From: Rhizodiscina lignyota
Lineage: Eukaryota
Length of the DNA: 64,000 bases
Assembly (NCBI GenBank): GCA_010015805.1
Contig: ML978126.1
Span: 1,736,001 to 1,800,000 of the forward strand
Direction of reading: 5' to 3'
This document shows, one piece after another, positions 46,394 to 59,812 of this stretch (positions are counted from its first letter, which is position 1; every line of letters starts with the position of its first letter). The notes beneath the pieces are model-generated. The model made no database searches. It saw nothing but the letters and a program-made list of their open reading frames with translations, and was not told where the DNA came from. A program made the position numbers and the translations under genes.

Positions 46394-49300
46394 TGCTGCG
46401 AAAAGCTAGTGTACTGATGAGCGAGACAGATGTCCGCGGTATGCGCGCTAGAAAACGCCGGAAGCTGTCGCTCGCCAGTAAGTAGCTGCTTCGCGCTGGA
46501 GCTGGGTGGTTGCATCTCGGCGTTCTCAAGTTCATCGGAGGAGTGGGTTGGTTGGAGGTCAGCGGCGGCATTGAGAAACACGTTTCGCATATCACCAGCG
46601 AGCTGAGCTCGCTCCCAACAATAGACTTGAATTCAAGACGCAAAGCAATGGAAAAGCGCCAATCTTGTGGATGTCTGTTCCGCCACCTACCTGATCGCTA
46701 CCTCATGTGGAGAATCGGCAGCGAAATTGTTTGGTGGCAGAGTATGCAATATGTTCATTCTATGCCGCGCTTGACACTTGTGATATCACCATGGAATAAA
46801 GATGAACAAGCAACACGGGATACAAAGCGCGGAAAGCTGCACGAAGAAGAAAAGAAGATGTTGAGCTCGGATATCGAATTTTTGTAGGTCTGGAAATCTT
46901 GGCTCCGCCTTTCCTGTTTTGGGTTAGCGGGCTGCGGCTCTTGAAATTTTGACGCCGCACAACGACGACTTCCATCAATCAATGGCTGATGATGAGACAA
47001 GTTCAAAATATATGATAGGAAGAGGATGACCTGGCAAACCAGGCATGATCTCAGTGGAAACTGTCTGAGGCCTTTCTTTGCACTTGCTGCATTGTGCTGC
47101 AGTGCATTCTTTATACATCTCTTGTATCAGACGATCTCTTCGTATAATGCAGATATCAAATTCAAAGACAACTTCAACGACATGTTTCTTGTGCAAGCAA
47201 ATTTGCAGTGCTGATGACCAAGTCTTCAACTGAGATTGGACGCAATCATTTCGATCCTCGTAGATGCTGTAGCTTCATGAAATGGTGGTTGGAAAATTGA
47301 ACGAGACAATCTTAATATGCTAGAATAACCAACATCTCCAGCATCTAAAGATGATGGTGCATAGTAGTGTTATGAGAATACTACAGCTCTTCCAAGAGGC
47401 GCATTTGCTCTCGATCTTTTATAGAAGTCGCTAGAGACAAACTGCTTCCATTGTATGCTCTCTTTGCATGACCTGTTTTCACAAGATCTTTTAGCACAAT
47501 CCAGATACTAAAGTTTAACGGCATCTTCACATCTTCCACGAACTATGTCCTTTGCATACGGATATGCAGCGTTTATGTTGAAGTCCTCTACGCTTTTGGA
47601 AGTAGTTATTTCGATTTCGACACGCACTGAAATCTCACGAAAATGGTTACATCTTCAGACGAAAGAGATCGGAGGATAGGGTCAATGTACATTGATACCA
47701 TGGACATCTCCACCATTGAAACGACGATTGATAATAACAATATGAGCGTGCCACAGCTCGTTTAACAGGTTCATTTCCCTCAGTCTCCAAACAAAATCAC
47801 CAGAGACAAAGTTGTTTCCGACATCGCATCTCCCTTTGAGATTAACGTTAACCCCAACCCTACCCTAAAGTACGCTGTTTCTCTCGCCACGCGCCAGACC
47901 TACCTTTTCCTACATCAGGCAACACTTGTTTGCATTGTCATTGCCATTTTGTATCAAGCGCATTAAATTCCCTTTCTAACAAGCCGAGATTGTGATGCCC
48001 GGCCTCATGCGGCATATTTGTTTCGAGCCAGACCTCAAACGGCATGTCAGAGACGATGATTTGAAACATATCTCATGATCATGATGCAACGCTGCCAACG
48101 CCGCCAACGCGGCATTCAACAAAGCAATTGTCAATCTCCAGCAAATCATATGCGTATCCTTTCTGCATTGCATTTTCTGAAACGCCTCTGTCTCCACGAT
48201 GCGTGGCTCTGCCTAACGTCTAAGAAGTAGCGTCGAGCGGTCGCGGCCCGGGCCCGACGATGGGCATTGAACCGCTCAGGCCACAACCAGCCCGCGCAGC
48301 TCGGTTACACCGATCTTCTCAAAGCAACTGCTCTTTGGGACCCAGTCTGTTCCTGCGTTTCTCGCTTGACCTCATCGCGGCTCGCAGGTGACAATTCAGC
48401 CTGTTGCGTCAAGCGCGCCCAGGATCTTGAAACATGGTTTACGTTATCGCGATCCCGGTCCACGACGAGCGACGAGAGAGTCAGTCAGAGAAAGTCAACG
48501 CGTTGCGACGTGCAGTCTGCAGAGTAGGCTCTGCAAGAGATCGTCTTGCGCTTGTTCCACCACCTCCGAGGTGAATCAGACGTTACACGCTCCACTTCAC
48601 GCGTCTGCCTACCGAATTGCGAGGAAGTTCCGTGAGGGTCCGAATGCATTGAACGCTTCTCGCTTCGCCGCTTATGGTGTATTTTGGTGTGCATGACAAT
48701 GGGTTGCAAGGCAGCAGAAAAAGTCTATTAGCAAACGTGTATTATAGTAGGCCTTCTTCGGAAACGCATATGGCAGCGCGGGAGATCTTAATCTACGCGT
48801 CTATGCCGGACAATAGACACGAGAGTCACCTATAGCTTCAAGCAGTTACGTCTTTTTGGGCGAGTGGGGAATGGGACTCAATGGATGAACCCTGGAGGCA
48901 CGGCAGTCAGGTACAGTGGCCAGGGCAAGAAGTGCCGTGCCTTCTCTAGCAGGCTCTTCCAATAGTGCAAAGCTTCTAGCCCCCCATGACGCTGGGAGCC
49001 ATGGGTCATACTCAAAAGAGACTGATCGCTCCGAGCTTGGTATCATGGGCATCAAGCTTCGGGTGCAAGGATTGGGCATTCGAGAATGGATTCGAAGGTT
49101 GGGGCGAACTTTCGAAAAGTCGCTCAAGACCGAAGACTCAAGACTCAAGAGCAGATACCATGATCAACCACCGGGTCAGGGATCAAGGCGAGAGAGGGAC
49201 GGCTCGGGTGCGGCTCTAGTGGTGGAAAGTCCACTCTGAGCGTAGCAGTCTGCCGGCAGATTGACAAAAAGTCAAACAGACTGTCGCATGCGGTGCAGAA

Positions 49301-52300
49301 AGGAGTTTGATATCCGGAAGGAACGACGCTTGTGAAAGCAGAAAAGGAAGAGATGCGTTCGCAATTGTCTCCAGAGGCGAGAAAGGAAAGGCTGGGTCCA
49401 GTGGGACTCAAGACCGCACCAACTTTATGTTCTTAGCTCGACGGTTTGACGGTGCAGCTGGAACTCCCAGAGACTTGGGTCGGTCAAGCCAAAAGACGCA
49501 TCACGCAGGAACACAGGAGCATTTCACTCTGTTGGAGCAGGTGAACAATGCGTGCCGTCAGTGCCTTCACATGTGCTTGGCGAAATTTGGGGCTCCACGA
49601 GGTCCACAGATTCGAGGCCCGCCGGGCAGAGGATCACGATACGCATTGTGGCATGCCTGACGCATGATGGTTCGATAGGAAAAAAATTTGCCTCAAGCAG
49701 CTTCGTGAAGGCGTCGACGGCGGAAGCCATCGTTCACTTCCCCGGTGCCGAGCGAGCGGAAGAAGGCGACGCCAAACTCTTGAGCTCCGACCACGATTGG
49801 GCCCTGAGTTTAGCCCCAACGCGACGGAACTGCGGAGATGCTTCCACCGACGATTCAGTTGGTCCCAGGGTGCGGTTTCGGGCAGGTGGGTAAAAAGATT
49901 TTTTTCTTTGACTTTCTGTAGAAGTCGTTCGATGCTTTCTTTTGCTTTCTCGCGGCAGGCCCATGGGAGACGTGGTGCATCGGCTATGTAATGGCATGTT
50001 GACGATGAAGTCGTATTTCTGCGGGGTTCAGGTCTCTGAAACCTTCGTCGATGAGTTCCTGCATTGTTCCTGCATTAGGCCTCGAAAGACCTTCTGCACT
50101 CTGTGGGGAGCGAGCTGACAAGATCAGAGCGATAGGCTGATCGACAAACTCCACGATTGGCTTGATTCTAGCGCGCTGCTGCTGAGTCGTGACGAGTCGT
50201 GAAGGAAGCGGTAGCGGGCACCGCGGGCCTTTAGCCAGCCTTTTGGAGGCCCTGATGGGTTCTCGAATCCGTCTAGTCGATGACATGGGGACGGCTGAAT
50301 TGTGCACACGAAGGCCTGATAGTTGTGCATTGGCGAAGCAGCAAAGCGGCGAGGACGCCATTCCCAATTCTGACGGACGGCTTCACGGGTAGGCACGCAC
50401 CCATGCCGCGCCTTTCCCGTATAAGAGTTGCAGCCCTGCAGGCCCGAAATAGCAGCAGTGGAAATGATTTATGCCCGCCGCTCGCATGAATTTCAAGTGG
50501 AGGCGATTTTTTTTCCGCGAGACATTCCAAGACCGTAACGGCATCGACCGAAATATCGAACTTTAAAGAAAATTGAAAATAGGCATCGTTATTTGCCTAC
50601 CTACTTCGTTCGGTAGCGTGTCATCGGCATGGAATCAGGCGTGATACAGCTCCCGCGTGTCGTGTCGATAGACGAATGAAAGTCGTTGACACCTGAAACG
50701 TTGGCCCATGTCTGTTGCTGACGCGCCAGATGGGCGGTCGAACCGGGAAGGTGTGGGAAGTGGGACGGCCAGATTTTAGCTGACTTGTGTGTCTTTCTCT
50801 TACATATGAGAAGTTGATGGAGGGTCGCTACTGTGGGAGGCGACGGATGGGTCCCACGCGCTGTTTGAAAACCTTCCACCCCACATCGAGGAAGAATTCG
50901 CCGTGGTCAACGCGCGACCTCCTCGCACGGCAGGTCGACAGATCATCCCGATGTTCAGGTAGAGAAGTACCAGCAGCTGCAGAGAGGCGCGGACGAAAGT
51001 GGCATTGCGCATACAAATCCAGCCACGGTGTGACGGTACCTGCAGCGAGCGAAAAGGCATCTGCAGATTTCGAGGACCAATCTTTTCTCTCGCAATTTTG
51101 CCTCTTCAGCGTGCCGTGGACGGCTCAATAATATTGATGTGATGCGTGACAGGCTTTCATGCAACTCCCACTCGCATTCCATTTGCAACGGGCGCGTCGA
51201 AGGAAGGTGTCGTCCGGTTTCTGCCATTGCCACGACCAAGGTTCGCGCGTCCATGACGCCGCTCGCATGGCTTCTTGACTCGCCGACCTTGCAAGAGTCG
51301 ACTGACAACGGCGATCAGAAGAAAGTCATTTCTCCAGACTATTGTTCCAAATGCAGCGTCAGAGCGGCGGCAATCTTCTATCGATTGCGATAGGCCCGAA
51401 GAAGCAACGAGTGGTGGCACCCTTCCCCATGATCCACCAAGACGGAGCAGCCTCTAGGATTTGAGGGTCGACGAACTTCCGCATAGGGCACAGAATTACC
51501 CGAAAACGGTGTCAGAGCGGCAAAGCCCGACGCGGGCCTGAGCTGGACGGGACCGTATCGATTGCAATTGGTGTAGGGAAAGGGCCTGTAGCTGTGATAG
51601 CGGATGCGATAGGCAGCGTATCGATTGAAGCTGAGCAGGCTGATGGGCAGGCCCGCTGCATGATTCCGTCACATTGTGACATTCATAGCAGCAGCAGCAG
51701 CGAGCGCGAAGCAGAGCGGTTCTGGCCATTTTGCGTGTGGTTGGAGGGCATGCGGAGGCAACGCACTCGATACCTGGCGAATGCCGTACGAGAAGGTAAC
51801 GCTGCTGTCTCGTGTGGAGGGCAAGATACATGCACTGCCTCCAGCGTGAGTAGGCCTATTGGGCAGCTGGCGCGCCGGCGGTACGGATCTATACATGCTA
51901 GCTGGCCTTCTGCCGGCCTCTGTGGAAGATCGGAGCTGCACGACGGTGTCACTCTCGACTCTCGCGCGTCGACCAGACAGGCTTGCGTCCAGCTCGCAGG
52001 GCGTGCGAAAACGTGAGAGCGTGTCTCGATTGGGAGCGATGCAGCGTGCCGGGGTGGGATAGGTGGTGGCAGGATGTGCTGAGGTTGTGCCAGTTGTGCC
52101 TGTCAGCGCCTGCTGCTGCATGCGGCCATGAGACGGTCGCAATCTCGCGGCCAGCTGGCAAAGGTGCTCGCCTCTGCCTCGCCCTCAGTGGATGGGGCCG
52201 GACGAGCGCACCCAGCCAATGTGGGCGAGCGAGGCTCGCGTGGGCGAGGGCAGCATGGGCGAGCATCGAGTTGTGCCGCGCGTCTCGCTGCTCTTACCAC

Positions 52301-53082
52301 GCCCTCGCACTCGCTGCCACCACCCCCGTCCGCGCTGGCCGGGAGGCCCATGGCACAATGGGCCGTGTCGGCGGGCGAGTCATCTCATTTCATCACCGAA
52401 TAAAGTGGTGCATTAGTGCCGGGCGAGGGTTTGCAGGATGCGCATCGATCCTCTCGTTGGGCCCGCTGCTGCGCCTCGTCAGTCCTTCCCGGCGTCCCCC
52501 TCCCACCATAGTTAACCAATTCCACGCCGCGACCACCGCGTGCCTGGCCATCTTTTCTTCTTCAAGGCCATATCGTGTCTCGTCTCTCGCTGATCCTTTT
52601 TTACTTATCCACTGCCTTGTCCCATCACTCGTTTTGGTGCCTTTAAGCTTCTTCACACGCCTCGTCATCTTTCGTTCTAATCCCTCTTTCGCACGTTTCA
52701 TTTATTCCGGATAGCAGGTTGATCGATTGCTCTTTGTGCAACCTCGATCGATTGCTACCAGCCCTTCCTTTGGATATTTGCATCGAGATCCCTCGATCAC
52801 CACATACTAGTAGACAGCATACGGTAATCGTTGCTGTTGTCCAGTCGCTCTCTACAGCATCATCCCAGTACTCGACTATCCGTCCAGAAACCCTTTCTCG
52901 CCGTCCTTAACACGACCACGTTGTACCATACCACCTAGTAATACCACGACACGACCTCGTCGAAGCGAACAGACTTGCACCAACACTTGCAAGCATAACC
53001 CACTAACCTACACAGAACCAATTGGTGTGTACTCATCTTTACTCTTCATCCACGGACTGAACACCAACAATCACCCAACCTC

Positions 53083-55043
53083 ATGGACGCCTGTACTGAC
53101 CCGCATCTTATGCAGCACTGGTCCATCGACTCTTCAACAATGGACGGTCAATACGCTGCACACCCAGCCCAGTTTGCTGGTCAAGCACCGTTTTTCTACT
53201 ACAACCCGGAGAACCAACACGACAACCGCCAACAGCAGCACTTCTCCCATCAAGCACATGGACACCACGGAATGCCATATGCGCATGAGCAGCATTATAT
53301 GCAGCCCGAGATGATGCCCATGTATGCTCCACAGATGCCGTACTCTAGGCCACAGTCGTCCCAGCAGCACCTTCAGCCGATGCCAGCGTACACGCCACAA
53401 CCGATGATGACACCAGTCGCTTCGCCTCAGCCAATGTATCAGAAGCCCACCATTCTGGTTCAGCAAGAGTCGCCATACCTGTTCCCTCTGGATACAGACT
53501 GCTACGCTCCGTCGACGCCGCCTCTTTCCAGCTCCGGAAGTGCCATCAGCAGCCCACCATCGACATGCGACATTCTGCCCACTCCAGTCTCCGGATTCCA
53601 CATGAAGACGGAGATGATCGAGGGTGTTAAGCAGGGCTGTGAAGGCGACGTATGCAGTGAGATTCTCTCCGGTGGCGACTTCACCGGCCCAACTTCACCA
53701 GCACTCACACCTGGTAAGTCCAAAATCCAATTTTTGCTGTGGTGAATGCATCGTGTGTTAAACACTTCGGCTACTACGGTTTTATCCGGCGTGCTGGTGT
53801 TGTGTTCGCGTCACGTTTTCTCGCGTTTTTTTTAAAGTTCTGCATGTGCCAGAAACGGACTAACGCGGCTGCAGTTTTCATCCAGCCGGCACCACTTGCC
53901 TCGCCAGCTCCGCGCCATGGCTCTTACCTTCTTTCCACCTCAGAGTGCCCGTCGCTCTCTCCCTCACCAGCGCCGATTTCCAAGCCCATCTCGTCGGAGC
54001 CCGAAGTCACCTTCTGCGATCCTCGAAACCTGACAGTTGCTTCAAACACTACACTTTGCCCAGGAGACGACGAGGAGCACCAGCTGCTAGTCAGGGGTGA
54101 AGCTTTCGCTAAACCTCAGGAGCAGCACAAGGCGCCAACACCCGCGGATTTCCTCGCAATTTCCGGCCTCCCCACTTTCGAGCCTCTTTTCGAGCTCGAC
54201 GCAGAAGACGAATTCTCTGGCCTCGTTCAATTCCCCACTACCGAGAACATCAACTTCCTCGGCAACAAGCGCCAGCGAACGGATTTGTTAACGGTAGTTT
54301 CTGAGGAAGATTCATTTGTCGACGAGAGCTTCAGCGACTTTGACGACGAACTCGCTACCACTGGCCTGCTCACACCTTGCGACACCGACGCCTCTTTCTC
54401 TGCTGACGATTCAATGACTGAAGCTTCCAAGCCAAAGAGGAGGTCAAGCAAGAAGAGCAACCGGTCTGACGAGAGCTTCGATTCTGACGAATTCATTATG
54501 GCTATGGCCGAGGCACAGGAAAACCAGAGTGCCAGCCAGGCTGCTACCCCATCCGGCAACCCCACTTCGGAACACGCTGTTGCATCCAGCTCGGACGATG
54601 CTGGCCAAACCTCAGCTACTACTCCGGTCAGCCGCCGTGGCCGCAAGCAGTCCTTGACTGAGGATCCATCCAAGACCTTCGTCTGCACTCTTTGCTCGCG
54701 CCGCTTCCGCCGTCAAGAGCATCTCAAGCGCCACTACCGCTCTCTCCACACTCGCGAAAAGCCATTCGAGTGCACCGACTGCGGCAAGAAGTTCTCTCGC
54801 AGCGACAACCTGTCTCAGCACCAGCGTACTCATGGCACTGGTTCGATCGTGATGGGCGTCTATGACGGCACTGAGCTTCGCACGCAGCAGGAGCAACTCG
54901 TCCCTGATGCACAGATCATGGGCCGTGTTCTCTTCGATGCTGCTGCCGCCGTCTCAAGTGGTTCATCAGTCAGCTCCATGTCAGACCGTGCCAGCCCCTC
55001 TTCCGACAAGAAGAACAAGAAGAGGAAGCGAGACAATGAGTAA
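53083..55043 (+). CDS. seb1: C2H2 zinc-finger stress-response transcription factor Seb1/MsnA (Msn2/4-like), 2 exons
   Basis: [40 protein letters not shown]...[18 protein letters not shown]. Intron at about 53713-53874. Confidence 0.92.
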
Positions 55044-56220
55044 ATGCGTGGTGTTGTATGCACACATCGCTTTGGGCGTTTTATGGTGATGGAATTACAA
55101 AAGGGTTTATGAAGTTGCCTCGGGGCTTTACGAATCGACACGAAACCACAAAGCTTGCTGTTGTCATCACAGCATAGCTACAGTACATAATGCATACGTC
55201 GTCACGTTGGGAGGCTGGTCTAGAATGGCTCACTACAAATCAGGTTGTTGAATGCTTTCGGGAAATATGGCGTGCTTGCTGGAGAATGTGAAACCACTGA
55301 AAAGTTGCTTGGGCTTTTAACGGCTGTTCGGGCCAATTTCTTTCGCTGTACCAAACCTTCCACCATTTCCTTTGTCTTGCGCATTGCTTTTTGGGAGGGT
55401 AGGGTTTTGAGCTGCTTCGAGAGTGAGGTTGTTTCAATGTGGAGGCAGAGGCAGAGGTCTTATGGAAAGCAAAATCCACGAGGTCGATCACCTGGAGCCC
55501 GCGCGTCATTACCTTCTTCAACTGTGTTATAACTTGGCTTCTTTTTTAATGTTCCACCGGAACGCGCGCATTGTACAATTTCCCTTCGTGTATTCAGATA
55601 GGACCGACTGCGATTGTGCTGGCACTTAGCTTCAGGTAAACTTTATTCAGATTCGTTCAAATAATACGCTGTGCCAAATCTGCTCTAGTTCGTGATAATT
55701 GATACTGTGGGTGAATTTTAGAGAAGGGTTCGAGGTCGTCGTCGCAGTGGGTTGAAATTGGATGGCCGCCAGCTGCTGGGACAGCACCTTCACCCGGTGC
55801 GGAGTGAGTGTCAGTAGCCTCTGAGGTGAAGTTGAGACTGTCCTTCTTTTCTTCGAAGGTAAGATGAAGGTGGAGGCTCTCGAAAGCAGTGGTTTTCACC
55901 AATTTCAACTACGTACGAAATCGAATGGTTGCGTCTTTCGCGGGTGAACGTGATGGGATCACCGAAGCCAGAGGCACCCACATGGAGCTTTCTGGACGTC
56001 TGTAACCGCCTGCTCTACAGTAGCTGATCTGATATACGCCATCCTTGAGCTCCATCGTGATAAAGATCTAGCCAGTCATGACGTATATAGAGAAGTGGTT
56101 GCACTGTCATATGGTGTAGTTCTGCCATTACTCTTCCCGCCAAACAAACACAAACATCAAAACCCTCTCCTTCATCCACAACCCTTTCTGCTGTCACCTT
56201 ACACATTCCCACATTCGGAA

Positions 56221-58557
56221 ATGGCTACAACCGCTCCTCTCAATGTCATAGCCCTCATATCGGGCGGCAAAGATTCACTCTTCTCCATTCTGCACTGTCT
56301 TGCTCAAGGCCACAAAGTCATCGCGCTTGCAAATCTCTACCCTGAGGCTTCACTGTCAGACAAAAATGACGCGTCAGAAACGTCAGAAAACCCAGATGAC
56401 GAAGACATTAACAGCTACATGTACCAAACTGTTGGCCACACCATCATCCCTCTCTACGAACGCGCTCTCAAAATCCCCTTGTATCGCCAAGCAATCATAG
56501 GATCAGCTGTCAACACTAACAAAGAATACTCCGTCCCTAAATCATCTACTTCAGATGCATCAAAAGAGCAGGGAAACGATGAGACAGAGTCGTTGGTGCC
56601 ATTACTTCAACGTGTGATGGCCGACCATCCAGAGGCCAATGCAATCTCCACAGGCGCGATTTTATCGACATACCAGCGCACGCGTGTCGAGTCCGTCGCC
56701 ATACGACTGGGCCTCACCCCCCTCTCGTACTTGTGGCAGTATCCTGTGCTGCCCCCGTTCGTGCAGAGCCAGCTGCTCGAGGACATGCGGGCTGTCGGTC
56801 AGGACGCGCGGATCATCAAGGTGGCGAGCGGAGGGCTGGATGACCGCTTTCTGTGGGAGAATGTCGCTGATGAGAGAGTCGTCAAGAGGTTGGAGAAGGC
56901 GGTGGCCAGGTTCGGAAGGCCAGGAGATGGGGCGGTGCTGGGGGAAGGAGGGGAGTTTGAGTCGTTGGCTATCGATGGGCCTGGCGTGCTGTGGAAGGGG
57001 AGGATCGAGGTTGGTATAGAGAGGGTGGTTAAGGGCGAAGGTGGGAGTGCTGTTCTCAAGTTGGGAGAGGCAAAGGTGGTTGAGAAAGAGCCGGAGCCAT
57101 GGGACTGGACGAAGTTGAGGCTTCCGGAGCTACTTGAAGCTGAGTTCAAAAAAGTGCTTGACGATATTGATCGGGTAGCTCCTGAAGAAGAAGAGATTAT
57201 ATCTCGCAGCCACGAACCCAACTTGCGTCCGACCATGACACATTCTCGCCTCGACTTCATCACGCGAAAGATCGGAAACTTCGAATACGCCTCAAACATC
57301 ACGGCACCAGGGGAGAAGCCGGAAATCCAGATTGCTGGAATTGTTGATCGGATTAAGGACATTGTTGAACCATCTTCGATAGTATTCAGCACCATTCTCC
57401 TACGGAAAATATCGGACTTCCCAATCGTCAACGCCGCGTACGGTTCCTTGTTCAAGAAGCCCAACCCACCCGCTCGAGTTACTATCTCTTGTGGAGGGTG
57501 CCTGCCAGAACACATCGATGTGGTTATGTCTATTGTTGCTCATTCTCGGGAGGAGCACCGGTCTGGCTTGCATGTCCAAAGTCAATCATACTGGGCACCG
57601 GCGAACATTGGTCCGTATTCTCAGGCAATCTCCGTTCCTCTACAAACAAAGAACGGAGTGCAGAACGGAGAGGCACGATTGGTCCATATCGCTGGCCAAA
57701 TCCCGCTTATTCCTTCGAACATGCAGCTCATCCGCGACTCTGATGTCAAGACTTTCCTGGACACAGATCGTGACTCGCTCGAATACGTTAACCTACAGGC
57801 AGTTTTGGCGCTTCAACATCTCTGGCGGATAGGCCGTACGATGAACGTGGACTGGTGGATCGCAGGTGTCGCTTTCATGGCAAGGGAGCCAGCGTCCGAA
57901 GTGAGAGCTAGGTTGATATTGAAAGCATGGAAGGACATCCATGCAGCGCTGTATGAGCAACAGAAGGCTGAAGAAGGAGATGACGAGAACGATGTCGATG
58001 TGTGGGATATGAAACACGGATTGAGCAAGCAGGGAAGCTCCAGCGCGACAGCATCAGATGTGCGGCCACGAATGCCCCGTTTCGAGAATGTTGACTTCCA
58101 AAACAGCACGCCGGTTCATCCACCATGCCTCGTAGTCAGAGTCGAGAGCTTGCCCCGAGGGGCGGCAGTTGAGTGGATGAGTACAGGCGTCGCCAACTGC
58201 CAGCTGATCCAAACTACACTCGAAATCGATGGGATCCCAGTTCGAATGGTCCAGGCTGTGGACAGATCCATCGCCGTTGCGGTGGTGGAATCGCCTGGCA
58301 ACTCGGCTAATTCATCGCTCCAAGGGCTATATGACGCTGTGGAGGCATTGCTTGGTGAGGACAAGTATCAGCTCGCACACAGTACGATATTCTTGACGCC
58401 ACGACATCTGCCGATAAATCCGGTTCAGCATGGAGCCACCATAATTCCCTGCCAATCGATTTGGGGCGAGAGTGGGTGCGGCATTGGTGCCGCAGCATTG
58501 ATGACTTTTCATGGGAATAGCGAGACGAAGCACGAACAGGATGCGGAAATGATTTGA
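56221..58557 (+). CDS. DPH6: Diphthine-ammonia ligase with C-terminal YjgF/RidA-like domains
   Basis: ALISGGKDS PP-loop, SYMYQTVG, GAILSTYQRTRVE, GEGGEFES, LHVQSQSYWAPANIGPYSQA and LPRGAAVEW. Confidence 0.95.
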   Translation: MATTAPLNVIALISGGKDSLFSILHCLAQGHKVIALANLYPEASLSDKNDASETSENPDDEDINSYMYQTVGHTIIPLYERALKIPLYRQAIIGSAVNTNKEYSVPKSSTSDASKEQGNDETESLVPLLQRVMADHPEANAISTGAILSTYQRTRVESVAIRLGLTPLSYLWQYPVLPPFVQSQLLEDMRAVGQDARIIKVASGGLDDRFLWENVADERVVKRLEKAVARFGRPGDGAVLGEGGEFESLAIDGPGVLWKGRIEVGIERVVKGEGGSAVLKLGEAKVVEKEPEPWDWTKLRLPELLEAEFKKVLDDIDRVAPEEEEIISRSHEPNLRPTMTHSRLDFITRKIGNFEYASNITAPGEKPEIQIAGIVDRIKDIVEPSSIVFSTILLRKISDFPIVNAAYGSLFKKPNPPARVTISCGGCLPEHIDVVMSIVAHSREEHRSGLHVQSQSYWAPANIGPYSQAISVPLQTKNGVQNGEARLVHIAGQIPLIPSNMQLIRDSDVKTFLDTDRDSLEYVNLQAVLALQHLWRIGRTMNVDWWIAGVAFMAREPASEVRARLILKAWKDIHAALYEQQKAEEGDDENDVDVWDMKHGLSKQGSSSATASDVRPRMPRFENVDFQNSTPVHPPCLVVRVESLPRGAAVEWMSTGVANCQLIQTTLEIDGIPVRMVQAVDRSIAVAVVESPGNSANSSLQGLYDAVEALLGEDKYQLAHSTIFLTPRHLPINPVQHGATIIPCQSIWGESGCGIGAAALMTFHGNSETKHEQDAEMI

Positions 58558-58726
58558 AATTCAGGTTTGAATGATAATGTGGTACTAAATCCACGCGTTC
58601 AAAATGGATCTTTTAGGTCACTCTGACCTGTAACGACGGCGGAATCCCAAACGCCCGGCTATGCTAGAAAATGACTGCATCATAAACCTTCATCAATATA
58701 CGTTTCGGCCATGGTGAACGTGAAAA

Positions 58727-59545
58727 TCAAAATCGTTCCTTCATGCGCGATGCCACCGTCCTAAGATTGCCGTACACTTTGCCAGGAGGCGCACCCAGAA
58801 TGAGACTGACGATCGACTCTCGCGCTATCCGAATGTTCTGGAATGCCCCGAGGATGTGTATCTTCGAGTCGGCAAGCACGACTCGTGTGCGACTCGCATT
58901 CTCGATGGCGAATTTCGTCTTGCCGTTCTGCCCAGCTATTCTGCCTATCGCTCGCGACAGATGGTCCCCACTCAGCGTCTTCACGTCTTTGATCTCGAAG
59001 GTTTCGATATAGAGGTCATCGAGTCGGAGTAGGGCGATGGCGTCGTCGATTTCGAAGCCTAGTGTGAAAGCCTTCACGAAATCCTCGCCTTTCTGCAATG
59101 CTCCGGAATCGGTGGTGTACTTGGACGTTCGCAGCTCGACTGCTTTCGACTTGATGTTCATTCGTACTTGTAATTTGAGATGTTCCACCAAGGGTGGGTA
59201 TATCTTCGACCATGATGCCTTCAGTGGAGTCATGCGGTGGGGTGGTACAGGGACTCTGCGAGTTTCGATGCGGTGGATCGTAGTGGTGTCGGTCGATGGT
59301 GCGAATTTGGGTCTTCCTTCTGTGTCGATATCCATTGATGTGTCTGTGGATAGTTGCACTTCATTCGATGGAGCTGGCTCTATATTTGATGCGCCTAACT
59401 CTAGGACAGGTTCGGTGGTATCTAAAGCCTATTAGCATGAATGCACAGTCTGGATTTCAAGTCGCAAACCTTGAGGCGCATCGGTAATGACTTCGTCTTC
59501 TGCCAGCTTTTCTGGTGCGCGCAAAAGCGCCGTAGGAGCCGGCAT
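58727..59545 (-). CDS. PNO1: Pre-rRNA processing KH-domain protein Pno1/Dim2, 2 exons
   Basis: RVPVPPHRMTPLK, DHLSRAIGRIAG and PGKVYGNLRTVASRMKERF. Start MPAPTAL at 59545. Confidence 0.96.
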
Positions 59546-59812
59546 GGTTTGCGCAATTTGAATTACACTAGAAGTTGGAGGTTTGACGTGTTGAAGGCGA
59601 TATTCTTCACAGTGCGTGTGGATTTCGTGAATTTTTTTGGCCAATTTTTGGGCGAATGGAGAGGAGACGGAAATTGCCGAGTCAAGCAAGCGTCATGGTG
59701 TAAGGTGCTTTTTAGTTCCCGGCCGCCGTTTTCCAGCCTCCAAACTCTCTCCTACCTATCTAACTCTCTAGAGTTATCCCACACCACTCACAATGTCCTC
59801 AAATCGAAGATA

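Noticed and set aside
45808..46590. Long antisense ORFs (here, 29583-30332, 35563-36246, 56799-57515) and 51983-52714
   Set aside because: The antisense ORFs are shadows of real genes, and 51983-52714 is a GC-rich chance ORF. None has motifs.
47845..47868. Telomere-like TAACCCCAACCCTACCCTAA
   Set aside because: Only about three degenerate units; not distinguishable from chance.
56095..59812. N-terminal extensions of DPH6 (56095) and MDM31 (59441), likewise YOR1 (30761) and the amidohydrolase (8425)
   Set aside because: The ORF track uses GTG/TTG starts or an ATG inside PNO1. The downstream ATGs fit the family N-termini better.
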